DNA of 64,000 bases from Podarcis vaucheri (taxonomy: Eukaryota). The stretch's first letter is position 1. Each line of letters opens with the position of its first letter. The notes below the pieces were generated by a model. It was not told the DNA's origin. It did no database searches and saw only the letters and a list, made by a program, of their open reading frames with translations. Shown here in pieces: positions 38,365 to 49,316 of the stretch. The stretch lies in NCBI GenBank assembly GCA_965113315.1, contig OZ220369.1, one strand, 5' to 3'. The translations under genes were made by a program, and so were the position numbers.

Positions 38365-38615
38365 GAAGATAAAAGAAAGGACTTCTTCATGCAGTGCGTA
38401 GCTGAACTATGGAACTTGCTCCCACAGGAGGCAGTGGTGGCGACCCAATTGCCTTAAAAGGAGGATTAGACAAATTCATGGAGAATAAGGATATCAAGGG
38501 CTACTAGTCATGATGGCTCTGCTCTGCCTCCATAGTCAGAGACAGTAGTGCTTCTGAATACCTCTTGCTGGAAGCCACAGGAGGAAAGGGTACTCCTGTG
38601 CTTGGGTCCTGCTGG
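38365..38615 (+). mobile_element. CR1 fragment
   Basis: Homologous to 57660-57930. Confidence 0.75.
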
Positions 38616-39149
38616 ATAGTTTCAACTCAACTCAACTCTTCTTGTGTACTGCATGCTTCTTGCCTACATGGAGGTCTATGCTACACCTAGGGAAAGAATA
38701 ATAAGAGACACACGTTCCATTTTTAATGTTCTAAATTTCCTTTGCCTTTGCTACTCTTAACAGGGATTTTTGTGGTTTGGTTTTATTCCTTTGCTGGATT
38801 TTTTTTATGGTACCAATAAAGCACCAGGGGAAAAAAAAGTTCATTGGAAATGCCTGAAATGTTTCTCCACTGGAAAAATAATATCCTGTAATATATGGAG
38901 AGCCGTGTAAATGCTCTTTTGCCTAACACAACAGAGCCCTTGTCCGCAATGATGGATGGGATGGCGGGGGAGGGGAGGGAGAGGGGAACTGACTTCATGT
39001 TCCATATATATACACACACACACGCACACACATCTTGCCTTTGGAGGCCCTTCCCAAAGACCTCCTTTTGGATCCGAGGGACAAGATCTCTTGGATGCAA
39101 GAAGGTTCAGGAAGGGTAGCCGTGTGCCTGACTTTGTAGAAGACAGGCA

Positions 39150-39482
39150 TCAGGACATAAGAAGAGGCTGTTGCATCAGGCCAAGGGCCCATCTAGGCCA
39201 GCATATGAGTGACCCCCCAAATACCTGTGGGAAACCCTTGACAGAACATAAGAGCACTCTCCCCTCCCATGTTTTCCAGCAACTAGTAATCAGAAGCATG
39301 TGGAAGTGGCATGTAACCATCATAGCTAGTAGCCATTGATAGGCTTCTCCTCCACAAATTCTTCCAATGTTCCTTCAAAGCCATCCAAGCTGCTGGTCAT
39401 CATTGCCCCCTGTGGGAGCCAGTGCTTAGCCACGCACTGTGTGAAGAAGTACTTTCTATCATCTGTCCTGAATATTCCAACC
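39150..39482 (-). mobile_element. CR1 (ttcttatg-tail subfamily) 3' fragment
   Basis: acataagaagaggctg...catcaggccaagggcccatctag...gaagaagtactttc. Confidence 0.75.
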
Positions 39483-40505
39483 AGGTGATTCCTTTGTAAT
39501 TTTTTTTTACTGACGTTTCATATTCTTTTGTACTTGTAAATGTCCTTGTGCACTGCCCTGATATTTTATATAAAGGGTGGTCTATAAATACGTGTTATAC
39601 ATGAATAAATAAAATGCGCAAAACACCCACCTTGCAGACGTTCATTCATTCATTTAACAAACTTTAACAAAATGTAAACATCTAAGTGGTCTATTAAAAT
39701 ATAAAAAAACCCATTAAAATGCCTGATTTAAAAAAACAATTAAAAAGAAGTCTTTAGAAATATGCAAAATATGATTCAGATCAGTAACAATCTGAAACAA
39801 GATTAAAGCACATGTAACTTGTACATGTCTGGATAGGCTTGCCTCAACAAAAAATGTTTTAAGCAGGTGATTTCTTACAAGTGCAGAACGAGTATTATAT
39901 GACACCTGTAGCTACTCTGGTTCCTCAGACTGAAGCTGTTGCGTGGGCATATATGGGTAAGGCGATGCCATAAGTAAACTGATCCATCTCAGCAAGCAAG
40001 AGAGATTATTCTAGGTAAAGGATATATTCCAGCCAGCAAAAAAGCACTCAAGGAAGCAGAGCATGTGGAGAGTGCTAGTGGTTTGGGTTGGCCTGCATAG
40101 AGCGGCAAGGGCCAGAAAGCAATTCCTGAAGGGCCAACATTCAGCTCCCAGACCTGAAGCCTCCATCTCCTGATCTGCACACTCTTTATGTTTAGCAATG
40201 TGCTCCCATTTCCCCCACAAAGAAGATCATTGACTCAAACCTTTGTATGATGACACAATCTCACTGAAGCATCAAATCACAGAATTTGATTCCAGTGGAA
40301 GTTAGTCAGGCCTCAACCATTTCAGCAGACCTCGATGCATGACCTCTTCCCTAAGGCCTTGATTCACGGAGAGGGTTATCAGTTAGGGCTGTTATGCTGA
40401 GGTCTCACTGAGTGTTGCTCTATTATGTTTTATTTTACTTCTGTCTGAGCTGCTAGGCTTTTAGCAGTGCCATGAAATGGATCTTTCAATGGTTAAGAAA
40501 TTGAC

Positions 40506-40510
<5 letters not shown>

Positions 40511-40547
<37 letters not shown>
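40511..40547. repeat. (AC)n microsatellite
   Basis: Directly visible. Confidence 0.95.
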
Positions 40548-40548
<1 letters not shown>

Positions 40549-42280
40549 TATTGTAACTGGACTTCGGTTTTATATACAGTATTGTCGCAAGTCCCTTTTG
40601 TGCAGCCTGCTTATCAAAAAACGATTATAAACCCTTGAAATAAAATAAACAAACATTTCCCTATAGAAGATAGTAGAGTCTGTTGAATCTTAGCTACTGG
40701 ATTCAGATGCTGCACAGATGTAGAGTGTGGGACAAAGTTATATATACAAATCCCTGAGAGGGCCCAAAGACAGGCCTGCCTAGAGTTAGTCCTAGACAAT
40801 GGCCAGCCCCAGAAGCACTTCTACAAGATCAGTGCCATTCTATCCTGGAGATATTGCATTGCCATCCTCTGACTCAGAAGCCATCGAAGAAACCTGAACG
40901 CAACTAGGCTCTTGCCTCGCCTCAACTCAGAGCCTGACACTCAGAGAGAGCTTTTAAAATTGTAATTTAAGAGAAAGTTACAGTAGAAAAGCACCTCTGA
41001 AATGGTTGGTCCCCACCCACTCTGGTGTTGAAACGGGGAGGGTACAACTGTGTACAACTGTGAGTGAAATGCTTATACTGTACACAAAAATGTCAGATCC
41101 ATGCATGGGAATGGCTGGGGCCTTTAATATTACTAGAATGGCAGGATAAACTGAACTAGTTTGAAATTTTAATCAGGAACCGGAGGTTCCTATGGCAACC
41201 AGTTCTTCAGGTTGGATAAACATAAAATTCAATAAGGGAATTTCTCCAGCGATTCTCATACATGCTCAGAGTGCATCTTTTCATAGAGTTCCATCAATTC
41301 CCACTCTCAACAGCTTAAATAATTAGGTCACAAGGGTCTTTAGGAGAATGCATTGGGGTCACAATTTCAATTCATTTGTGGTATCTTTCAGCATTCAGGA
41401 ATGAGAGATCCTCCAAGGAGCTCAAGGTGGTGTATATGATTCTCACCAGGTTGTGACTGGTGCAAGGTCACCCAGTGAGCTTTCCTAGCTGAGTGTGGAC
41501 TTGAACCCTGGTCTCCTGTGTCCTAGTCTGACACTCCAGCCACTACATCACACTGGCTCTCAATACAAGGCAGATTTTAGAGCTCACCCTCTGTATCTGA
41601 AAATATACATAATTGTTGCTTATGCTAGGAGTTGCATATGGTGGCGAAAATCTCTTGGGGCTTAGGCCATCCTCTTTAACAGCTTCCTCACTTGAGACGT
41701 GCAAACAGAAAGCTCAGCCACAAAAGGCTACTGCAGAAAAGGTCATTGGCAGGAAATCCATAAAACACCATTAGTTTTCCTTGGGCAATCCTTCTCAGCT
41801 GATAAGACTCCTATTAGATCCTTAAGTCAAGTTATGTTTACACTGCTAGCTCTAAGTGGCCACTTAGACACTTTGCTGCTTGTATTTTTTTTTTTCTTCT
41901 TTCTTTCTTTCTATTTCTTTTTTTAAAAAAATCCTGTTCCTCTCTAATTTGGCAAGCAGTGTCTGGCCTGATATTGTAGTGATAGGAAAGCTGGTGGAGA
42001 GAATCTATGCGCAGGAGAGAAACACAATTCAGTTCGCGAACCTGCCTAAGTCACACATTGCACGACGATGCGCAAGCGGAAGAACAGCTGTCCTGCAAAA
42101 TTTGCACTTTCCCGAATTTTGCCATGCCTTTCTTCAGTCAAGTAATGCACATAGGAGGGTTAAACGTGCATAAAATGTGTGTGTTGGTAGAAAAATACAC
42201 AAGGGTATAATATTAAGGGACATTGCTTTGCAGAAATGTGTGTGTTGGGCAAACTACAAGTAATGCAGAATACAAATAAT

Positions 42281-42414
42281 CAGTGCTCTTTTTTTCTAGA
42301 AACAGAGGTGCCGGTACTCACCATGAAGTTGTTACAGTATATGCCACACTTTTAAGAAAGAGAGGGGGTGCCGGTACTACGTGCCCTTGAGTACCCCTGG
42401 GGGGAAAGGCACTG
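42281..42414. mobile_element. hAT MITE nested in an older hAT
   Basis: Termini cagtgctctttt / gaaaggcactg; perfect TSD caaataat (42273-42280, 42415-42422); internal direct repeat ggtgccggtact. Confidence 0.85.
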
Positions 42415-43029
42415 CAAATAATACAAACTACACAGACATGTGTACATACTGGGAGAAATTGGTACTAAAATGCTGCTGAATTTTCAAGAAGGCTTTTTTT
42501 AAAATAAAAAGGCAAACCAAACTTATGTGAAAATGTGAAGAACTGATTTTAAAAATGAGGTTGTGCAGTGCAGTGAATGTTTTGATTCTGTAGTTGGGAG
42601 TAAGTGGGTGGAAGTAGTCCTATACCCTGCAAGATGAGAGCCTGCTCTGGTACAGATCTGGGCCCCTCTCAGGTGAGAGATAGGAGAGGCCAGATGGTCC
42701 AGTGGGTAAAGGGGCAGGAGTCTATTAGTGCAAGGATATTAGCAGTGTATCTTAGATGTGCATGCTTGGCAGTGACCCTTTGTATGTGGGGTGCAATCAC
42801 AAAATCATTAGATCAACTGCAATACAGGAATCACAGCTAAAGAATCCTTAGCATATGGCCACTTAACCTCTGTTGAAAAATCTCCCATGAAGGAGACTCC
42901 ACCTGAAGGAGCAGGCTTGCAGTTGGGAGGTGCTTCTAGATCCAGCTCTCTGATTGGCATCTCAGGTAGCCTGAGTGGCTGGAAGTGCTTTTTACCATCT
43001 GCGATTGGTTTGACAGCTGCAGCTATTCC

Positions 43030-43665
43030 TGAACTGAGGCAGCCTTGCCACAGAAGTTCACGCTCTGTGTTGCTTCAAGACTGCATTACTGCAACGTGTG
43101 CTCTATGTGGGGCTTTCCTCATGCTTGATCTGGAAGCTGCAGTTACGGCAGAATGCTGCAGAACAATTGCTGACAGGAGAGATACCTTGGCAGCATAGAA
43201 CACCTGTGTGAAGAGATCTGCCCTGGTTGTCAATTTGCTACCAGGTCAAGCTCAAGGTGCTACTATTAGTATATAATCACTTGGGACCAGTTTAACCACT
43301 TTGATTGGTGGAATTGTTATTATCACAGGGGCCACATAATACTGTATTTGTAATAATTCAATTGTTTAGTGTGGCAGTGCATATACTTTTGAACTCATTG
43401 CTGATTGAGATGAAGCAAGTGCCCTCATTGTAGTCTTTTCAGCATCTGCTAAAACCATTCTTGTTTAGACAAGCCTACCCGGATGCTTAGAAAACTGAGG
43501 CAATTTTAATCTGCTTCAGTATTTCAACTTTTGTATGTTTTAAAGTATGCTTGTGAATTTTTCTTGATTTTCTTGTGTTATCTTTTGCAAACTGAGAGTT
43601 TTGGTGTGTGTGTTTTTTTACATTTAAGCAGTATATCTACATTTTATGAAATAGATACATAAAAT
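43030..43665 (+). mobile_element. Old, degenerate L2 3' fragment
   Basis: Decayed equivalents of the SRLDYCN..LY.GL / KLQL.QNA and FSVAV..LLNSL motifs; AT-rich tail. Confidence 0.65.
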
Positions 43666-44765
43666 AACTGTACAGCCAGTAATGTGCAGCCTCCCTGCCT
43701 GCCTTTGCTTTATGATCTGGGGGTATAGGAGGAACCATGATGTCTTCCCCTGTGCTTTAATTCAAGTGCAGACACCTAGGTAGGCTGTAATGTGCATAAC
43801 CGCTGCTGAGTCTATTTGCAGAATGAAAGGAAGGACCTTCACAGACACCCCTTGACGCTCTCAAAATTAAGGTAAGATGGACAAACCTTGCCCTCCACCC
43901 ACAATTTTTTAAAATCAAAATCCCCCCTCCCCTTTGATTATTTTCAAATGCAACTGATGAGAAATGGTCAGGGGGGAAATGCAGGTGAATTTTTTGGCAA
44001 AGCACTACTCTCAAGTAAGCATGTATAACATGGCAGCTGTAGGGTTCACTCTAGGGTTGCCACCCGTCCCTAGAAAAACGTGATTGTCTTTTCTGGGGGT
44101 GTGTGTGTGTGTGTGGAAAGTGTAACCTATTTGGACTTCAAACGGGATGCCTTTTTCCGTGTATTCAAGCTCCTCCTCCTCAAAGCTGTGAGGGCAGAGG
44201 GTGGATCTAGTGGGGGGAGCAGGAGAGCAAGAGCTTGAGCAGGAGTTTCTGTGGGCAGAGGGTGGGACCATGAGGAAGGGAGCCAAGAGAGAAAGAGGTA
44301 TTGCAGGACACAGGCAAAAAAGGATGGGCTGGGGTTGGGAGGAAGAGTCTGAGAGAGAGAGCTTTTGCGCAGGCAGAGGGTGGGTCACGGAGAGTGAGAG
44401 AGGGAGTTTACACAGGCCTGGTCCATCCGGTGGAGAGTGGGGGCGGGGGGAGAGCTTTTGTGAGAGCAGAGGTGTATGTATGTGTGTTGAAGAGTATGGG
44501 GGGGTACACTTTGCACAGTCTGGTGCAGAGTTTGCACAGGCAGCAAAAAGGGAAGAACAAGATCGGAAGAAAAAGAAAAGAAAAGAAAAGAAAAGAAAAA
44601 GTGCAAGGGCACTTGATCCCAAAACTCCTTTATTGTGAAGGTGGTGGTGAAGGTGATAAAGGTCAAATTTTTGCTCTCTGATTGTATTTATGTTATTTCT
44701 TTTGGAAAATGAGATTTCTGTAGGGCATAATAGTTTCATTTCCAGTGTGGCAATGCTTTTAAATA

Positions 44766-45859
44766 CCGTATTTTTCGCCCTATAGGACGCACCGGCCCAT
44801 AGGACGCACCTAGTTTTTTGGGGGGGAAATCAAGGGAAATTTTTTTATTTCCCCCCCCCCAGGTTTGCGCAGCCATCCCCAAGCTAGAAGAGGGAGACGG
44901 AGCCTTCAGGGACAGCCTCCCTAGCCTCTGTGGGGCAGCGCACTGCGCTACCCTGCAGAGGCTTTGCGCAACCATCCCAAGCTAGAAGAGGGAGACGGAG
45001 TGCTCCGTCTCCCTCTTCTGCCTTCAGGGACAGCTTGGCCGCTATCCCGCGAGCTTGTGGGGCTGGCGGGGGGAGAAGCAGGCTTGCTTCTCCCCCCGCC
45101 AGCCTCCAGATCAGGTCGGGGAATAGCGGGATGGCGGCGCTTCGCCATCCCCCTATCCCCCGAGCTTGTGGGGCTGGCGGGGGGGAGAAGCAGGATTCTC
45201 CCCCCCCCCGCCAGCCTCCAGATCAGGTCAGGGAGTAGCAGGGTGGCAGCACTCCGCCACCCCCCTATCCCCCGAGCTTGTGGGGCTGGCGGGGGGGAGA
45301 AGCAAGCTTGCTTCTCCCCCCCCCGCCAGCCTCCAGATCAGGTCAGGGAGTAGCAGGGTGGCAGCGCTCCGCCACCCCCCTATCCCCCGAGCTTGTGGGG
45401 CTGGCGGGGGGGAGAAGCAAGCTTGCTTCTCCCCCCCCCCGCCAGCCTCCAGATCAGGTCGGGGAGTAGCAGGGTGGCAGCGCTCCGCCATCCCCCTATC
45501 CCCCGAGCTTGTGGGGCTGGCGGGGGGGGCAGAAGCAAGCTTGCTTCTCCCCCCCGCCAGCCTCCAGATCAGGTCGGGGAATAGCGGGGTGGCAGCGCTC
45601 CGCCATCCCGCTATCCCCCGAGCTTGTGGGGCTGCAGGCTGCTGCCCACAAGCCTTGCGAGCCCGCGGGACATCCCTCCGGGCTTGCAAGACTTGCAGAT
45701 AGCTTCCTGAAGCCTGGAGAGCGAGAGGGGTCGGTGCGCACCGACCCCTCTCGCTCTCCAGGCTTCAGCGAAAGCCTGCATTCGCCCCATAAGATGCACA
45801 CACATTTCCCCTTCATTTTTGGAGGGGGAAAAGTGCGTCTTATAGGGCGAAAAATACGG
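44766..45859. mobile_element. TcMar-Tc2-like MITE, long form with internal tandem array
   Basis: TA|ccgtatttttcgccctataggacgcac ... gtgcgtcttatagggcgaaaaatacgg|TA; near-perfect 27-bp TIR and TA duplication. Confidence 0.93.
45045..45635. repeat. GC-rich tandem repeat, about 5 units of 111-116 bp, each unit palindromic
   Basis: gagcttgtggggctg recurs at 45051, 45162, 45274, 45389, 45505 and 45620. Confidence 0.95.
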
Positions 45860-47647
45860 TACACTCTCAGACCTGTCCCATATTTTGCCCCAACTGTCCT
45901 TTATTTTCCCTAACCAAAGGTGGCAACCCTAGATGACCGACCATACAGAAGGTTCCTGGTGGTGAAATACAAGTCCTACCACGATTTCGTCCTACCCTGC
46001 AGTATCCTGATTCTCCTTGGGCATCACTTCCAAAAGATTTGAGGCCCATCCAACATGGAGAATTCCATCGAAAGCTCCAGCTTGAAATGCATCCATTCCA
46101 CAGGTCTTCTGGTCCTTGGCAATATTTCCCCCTTAACCTTTTGGCTGCGCTCAAGGACTCAGCAGAGGTGTGCGGCACGCAGCATTTCACAGACTGTGTC
46201 CTTTGGCACCAAGGAGCGATTGCTTCAGCAGTCAAAAAAAGACTTCCAAGATCCTCTCTGGCTTTGCTTTCTGGGCCATGTAACATTCAAGTGTGGCTTT
46301 TGGATCTCTCTTACCCCGTCCGCCCCCCCCCCTCCACCGCACCTCTGCATGCAGACCAAACTGAGAGCTGCCGCCGTCTTTTATGACTGGCAGAAAATTG
46401 ATTGTTAAGCTCCAGGGAGTTTCCAGCACAGCTGTAAACTTTCAGAAATACTCGGTGACGGCTGAGAAACCTATAGAGTGCTGTTTCAATTCACAATACC
46501 CCCTTTTCATTCCTCAGTGCTAAGGAGAGGGAAGGATGTGAGGAGGTGGGGGGAGAAATCCCACCAGAATTTCTGCTGTGGTATTAGCCAGGTTTCAGAA
46601 AGAAATATGTTGCTCTGTGTTGTGTGTGCTCCCAGAAAGAGATGGCATGTTCTTCCAGGCCTATTAAGAGTGGGACTATGAGAAGACGATGCGTGCCTCA
46701 GGAACAGGTGTTTGGAAGCCCTCCTTCTGATGTCCCAAATGGGACAACTGTTGTGTCTCCAGATGACTCTCATGTGGTTGGCCAGTAGTTGGCTCTGTTT
46801 CCATGGCTAGGGCTTCTGCCAAAGCTGCCTGCCCCATCAGGTCTCTGGCACACCTGGTTGGAACATCAGCCCAAGTGACATTCCAACCTCGCAGATCAGC
46901 ATCGGCTAATCGGCCAAACTGTAATCCTACCCCAAGACTCGGGGCAAACAACCCCCCCCTTGCCTCAGTGGACTGTGTTTTTTTTTAAAAAAACCAAACC
47001 CACACAGGCTTGTCCTTCCAAAGTTTGGCTAGACATTCTCGATTTGAAAATAGGCACGGAAATGTTCGAGTGAGGGCCGTCTGTCTAGGTCTTATGATTG
47101 TCTATTTGGAAGCAACAAATAGTAGTTTAAATACACATACACACAGAAAGAGAGAGAGAGGGAGAGAGGGAGAGGGAGAGAGGGGGAGGTCTTGTACCTA
47201 GCCTCTTTTGCTCACTATTTTCTTGGGCTTCCTTTATTCACTGCTACAAGGGCATCTACATGTTAGGAATGAGGCACTGCTTGCTAGGTAGAGCACATGC
47301 TACATAGCTGCCAACATAAACCTTGTTCACACGTTACGCTGAACAAGACATCTCTACACACACACACACAAGTCTTTGTGGGAAAGACTGTGCAGCTCAC
47401 TTATTATGTACACAGGGCACACGGACTATACATTTGTGAGTTGTTGCACATGAATGACCATGCAAGTGTGCAACTCAACAATTTGAGTGCACAGGGACAC
47501 ATATTGTACACCCTGTGGATACAATGGGTGAGCATCCCATTTGTGCTCACGTAAATGGTACATCCTTCCTTCCTTCCTTCCTTCCTTCCTTGGCACTCTT
47601 GCTTTGCTTATGCTCTAAGAATGTTCTTAGTCTGCCTAATGGGAATG

Positions 47648-47915
47648 CAGCAGTGTGATGTAGTGGTTAAGAGCAGTGACTCATAATATGGTGAACTGGG
47701 TTCGATTCTCTGCTCCTCCACATGCAGCTGCTGGGTGACCTTGGGCTAGTTACACTTCTCTGAAGTCTCTCAGCCTCACTCACCTCACAGAGTGTTTATT
47801 GTGGGGGAGGAAGGGAAAGGAGAATGTTAGCCGCTTTGAGACTCCTTAGGGCATTGATAAAGTGGGATATCAAACCAAACTCCTCCTCCTCCTCTTCCTC
47901 TTCTTCTTCTTCTTC
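47648..47915 (+). mobile_element. MIR/Squam2-like tRNA SINE with (ctt)n tail
   Basis: gtgatgtagtggttaagagc (A box), gggttcgattctc (B box), ctgggtgaccttgggctagt CORE-like segment. Confidence 0.75.
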
Positions 47916-48067
47916 GTGGCACATGGATTAGCAGCAGCACCTGACGCCATTGGATAGAGGCTAGAACCCCAGCACACATCCCATCCAGTGGCGTTGACAT
48001 CTGCCCTGCTCAGTCTGCAAGACACTTTTTAGGTTTCCCTCCTAGTCTCCAGTCACTGCCACCAGGC

Positions 48068-48140
48068 TAAAGGTAAAGGTAAAGTTGCGGACGACTCTGG
48101 GGTTGCACGCTCATCTCGCTCTATAGGCCGAGGGAGCCGG
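48068..48140 (-). mobile_element. Sauria SINE, short 3' fragment
   Basis: aaaggtaaaggtaaag...gactctggggttgcacgctcatctcgc...ggccgagggagccgg. Confidence 0.8.
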
Positions 48141-48368
48141 GCTAGCCCTCAGGAAAAGCAGGCTAAATTGGATTTCTTGGTGTCAATATATTGCTTGCTT
48201 GCCTTCCTCTGTATGATCGGTGGCGGCAGCATCAACAATGCAAAAAAAGAAAATGTACTGAATTTGAATAAGTCATATGGGTGGCAGGAGGCAAGTGTAC
48301 TTACCTAACAGGGCTAGTTTAGGGCAGTTTCTTGGAGTAAGTGAAGTAACTCACAATATCATCTAAAG

Positions 48369-49316
48369 CAGTGGTCTTCAACTGGTGGGTCAGAACCCAC
48401 AAGTGAGTCATGGCCTGATTCAAAGTGGGTCACAACAGGAGCACTACCACCAGGAAAATTATCTGGTAAAAGATTAATAAATTGGGTCCTCACTTAAAGA
48501 GGGCACATATTGCAGTGAGACCTGGACAACCGACACCCTGTGTTGTGGTTGGTACGATTGGTCAGCCACAACACCCAATTGGTAGGTCCCTCAAACCTGG
48601 GTGCAATCTGGCCAATGGGACACAGTCCAAACAGTTCAAGGGACTTATTTATGCACATGCACATGACCCAGAACTTCCTCTTTCAGCACGTGCATTCGGA
48701 ACACCCACCCACCTCTCCCTTCTTTTAGGGCTTGCGCTTGACCTTGCTATGCCGTTGTGTGTCGTCTGTTGTTGGGACACGGCAGGAATTTCCCCCACTT
48801 GGCTGATTGGCTGTTGCCATTTGGGTTTTGCCTGCTGCGTAGCAAATCATCACAACTTGTAAGGTTGAAAATAGGCTCTGGTTCAGGTGATAGGGATGGA
48901 AGAATGCTCTCCCCATCCCTATATGAAGGGTATTCCGTTAAAGGAATCCAGGGACTCGATGGTTTGGTCAACCTGTGAGAGGGGGTTGTGCCCGTGCCTG
49001 AGTCCAGGGGGACATTTGGGTGGCGGAGTTAGACTGATCCCAGCTTTCTGCTTATCCAGATGTTCACCCTTGGCTGACCTATGCTGACACTATGGGTCAG
49101 TGCTTACCTGTATGGCAGGGAGCTAGTCGAACCAGAGCCTATGCAACCAGTCACTTTCTGTAATCAATAAAGTTATGGCCTAAATTCTGCCAAAAACCAA
49201 ACCAAAATTTGGGTCATGTGTGAATTTCTTTAGGGGGGAGGGTTCTGGGTCTGAACACGCAAATGCATGTTTGGATTAAAAGTGGGTTCTGGGGCTGGAA
49301 AGGTTGAAGACTGCTG
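48369..49316. mobile_element. hAT-Charlie-like MITE split by an LTR-like insertion
   Basis: Termini cagtggtcttcaac / gttgaagactgctg; perfect TSD atctaaag (48361-48368, 49317-49324). Confidence 0.85.
48511..49261 (+). mobile_element. Probable solo LTR (ERV-like)
   Basis: tg...ca termini with weak inverted similarity; several CCAAT/ATTGG boxes; TATA-like ctatatgaag near 48920; aataaa near 49165. TSD not resolved. Confidence 0.6.

Larger units (their letters stand above)
44052..45931. mobile_element. hAT-Blackjack-like non-autonomous element (host of the Tc2-type MITE)
   Basis: 13-bp TIR tagggttgccacc / ggtggcaacccta with gtccc/gtcct subterminal motifs; no TSD recognisable. Confidence 0.6.

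Noticed and set aside
44011-44739. 242-aa minus-strand ORF
   Set aside because: Low-complexity pyrimidine-rich sequence spanning microsatellites, with no domain signature.
45045-45635. CRISPR-like array of palindromic repeats
   Set aside because: The units repeat in full with no unique spacers, there are no cas genes, and the context is a vertebrate MITE.
44930-45913. Cluster of long overlapping ORFs (100-178 aa)
   Set aside because: Artefacts of a GC-rich tandem palindrome inside a MITE; open in several frames on both strands.
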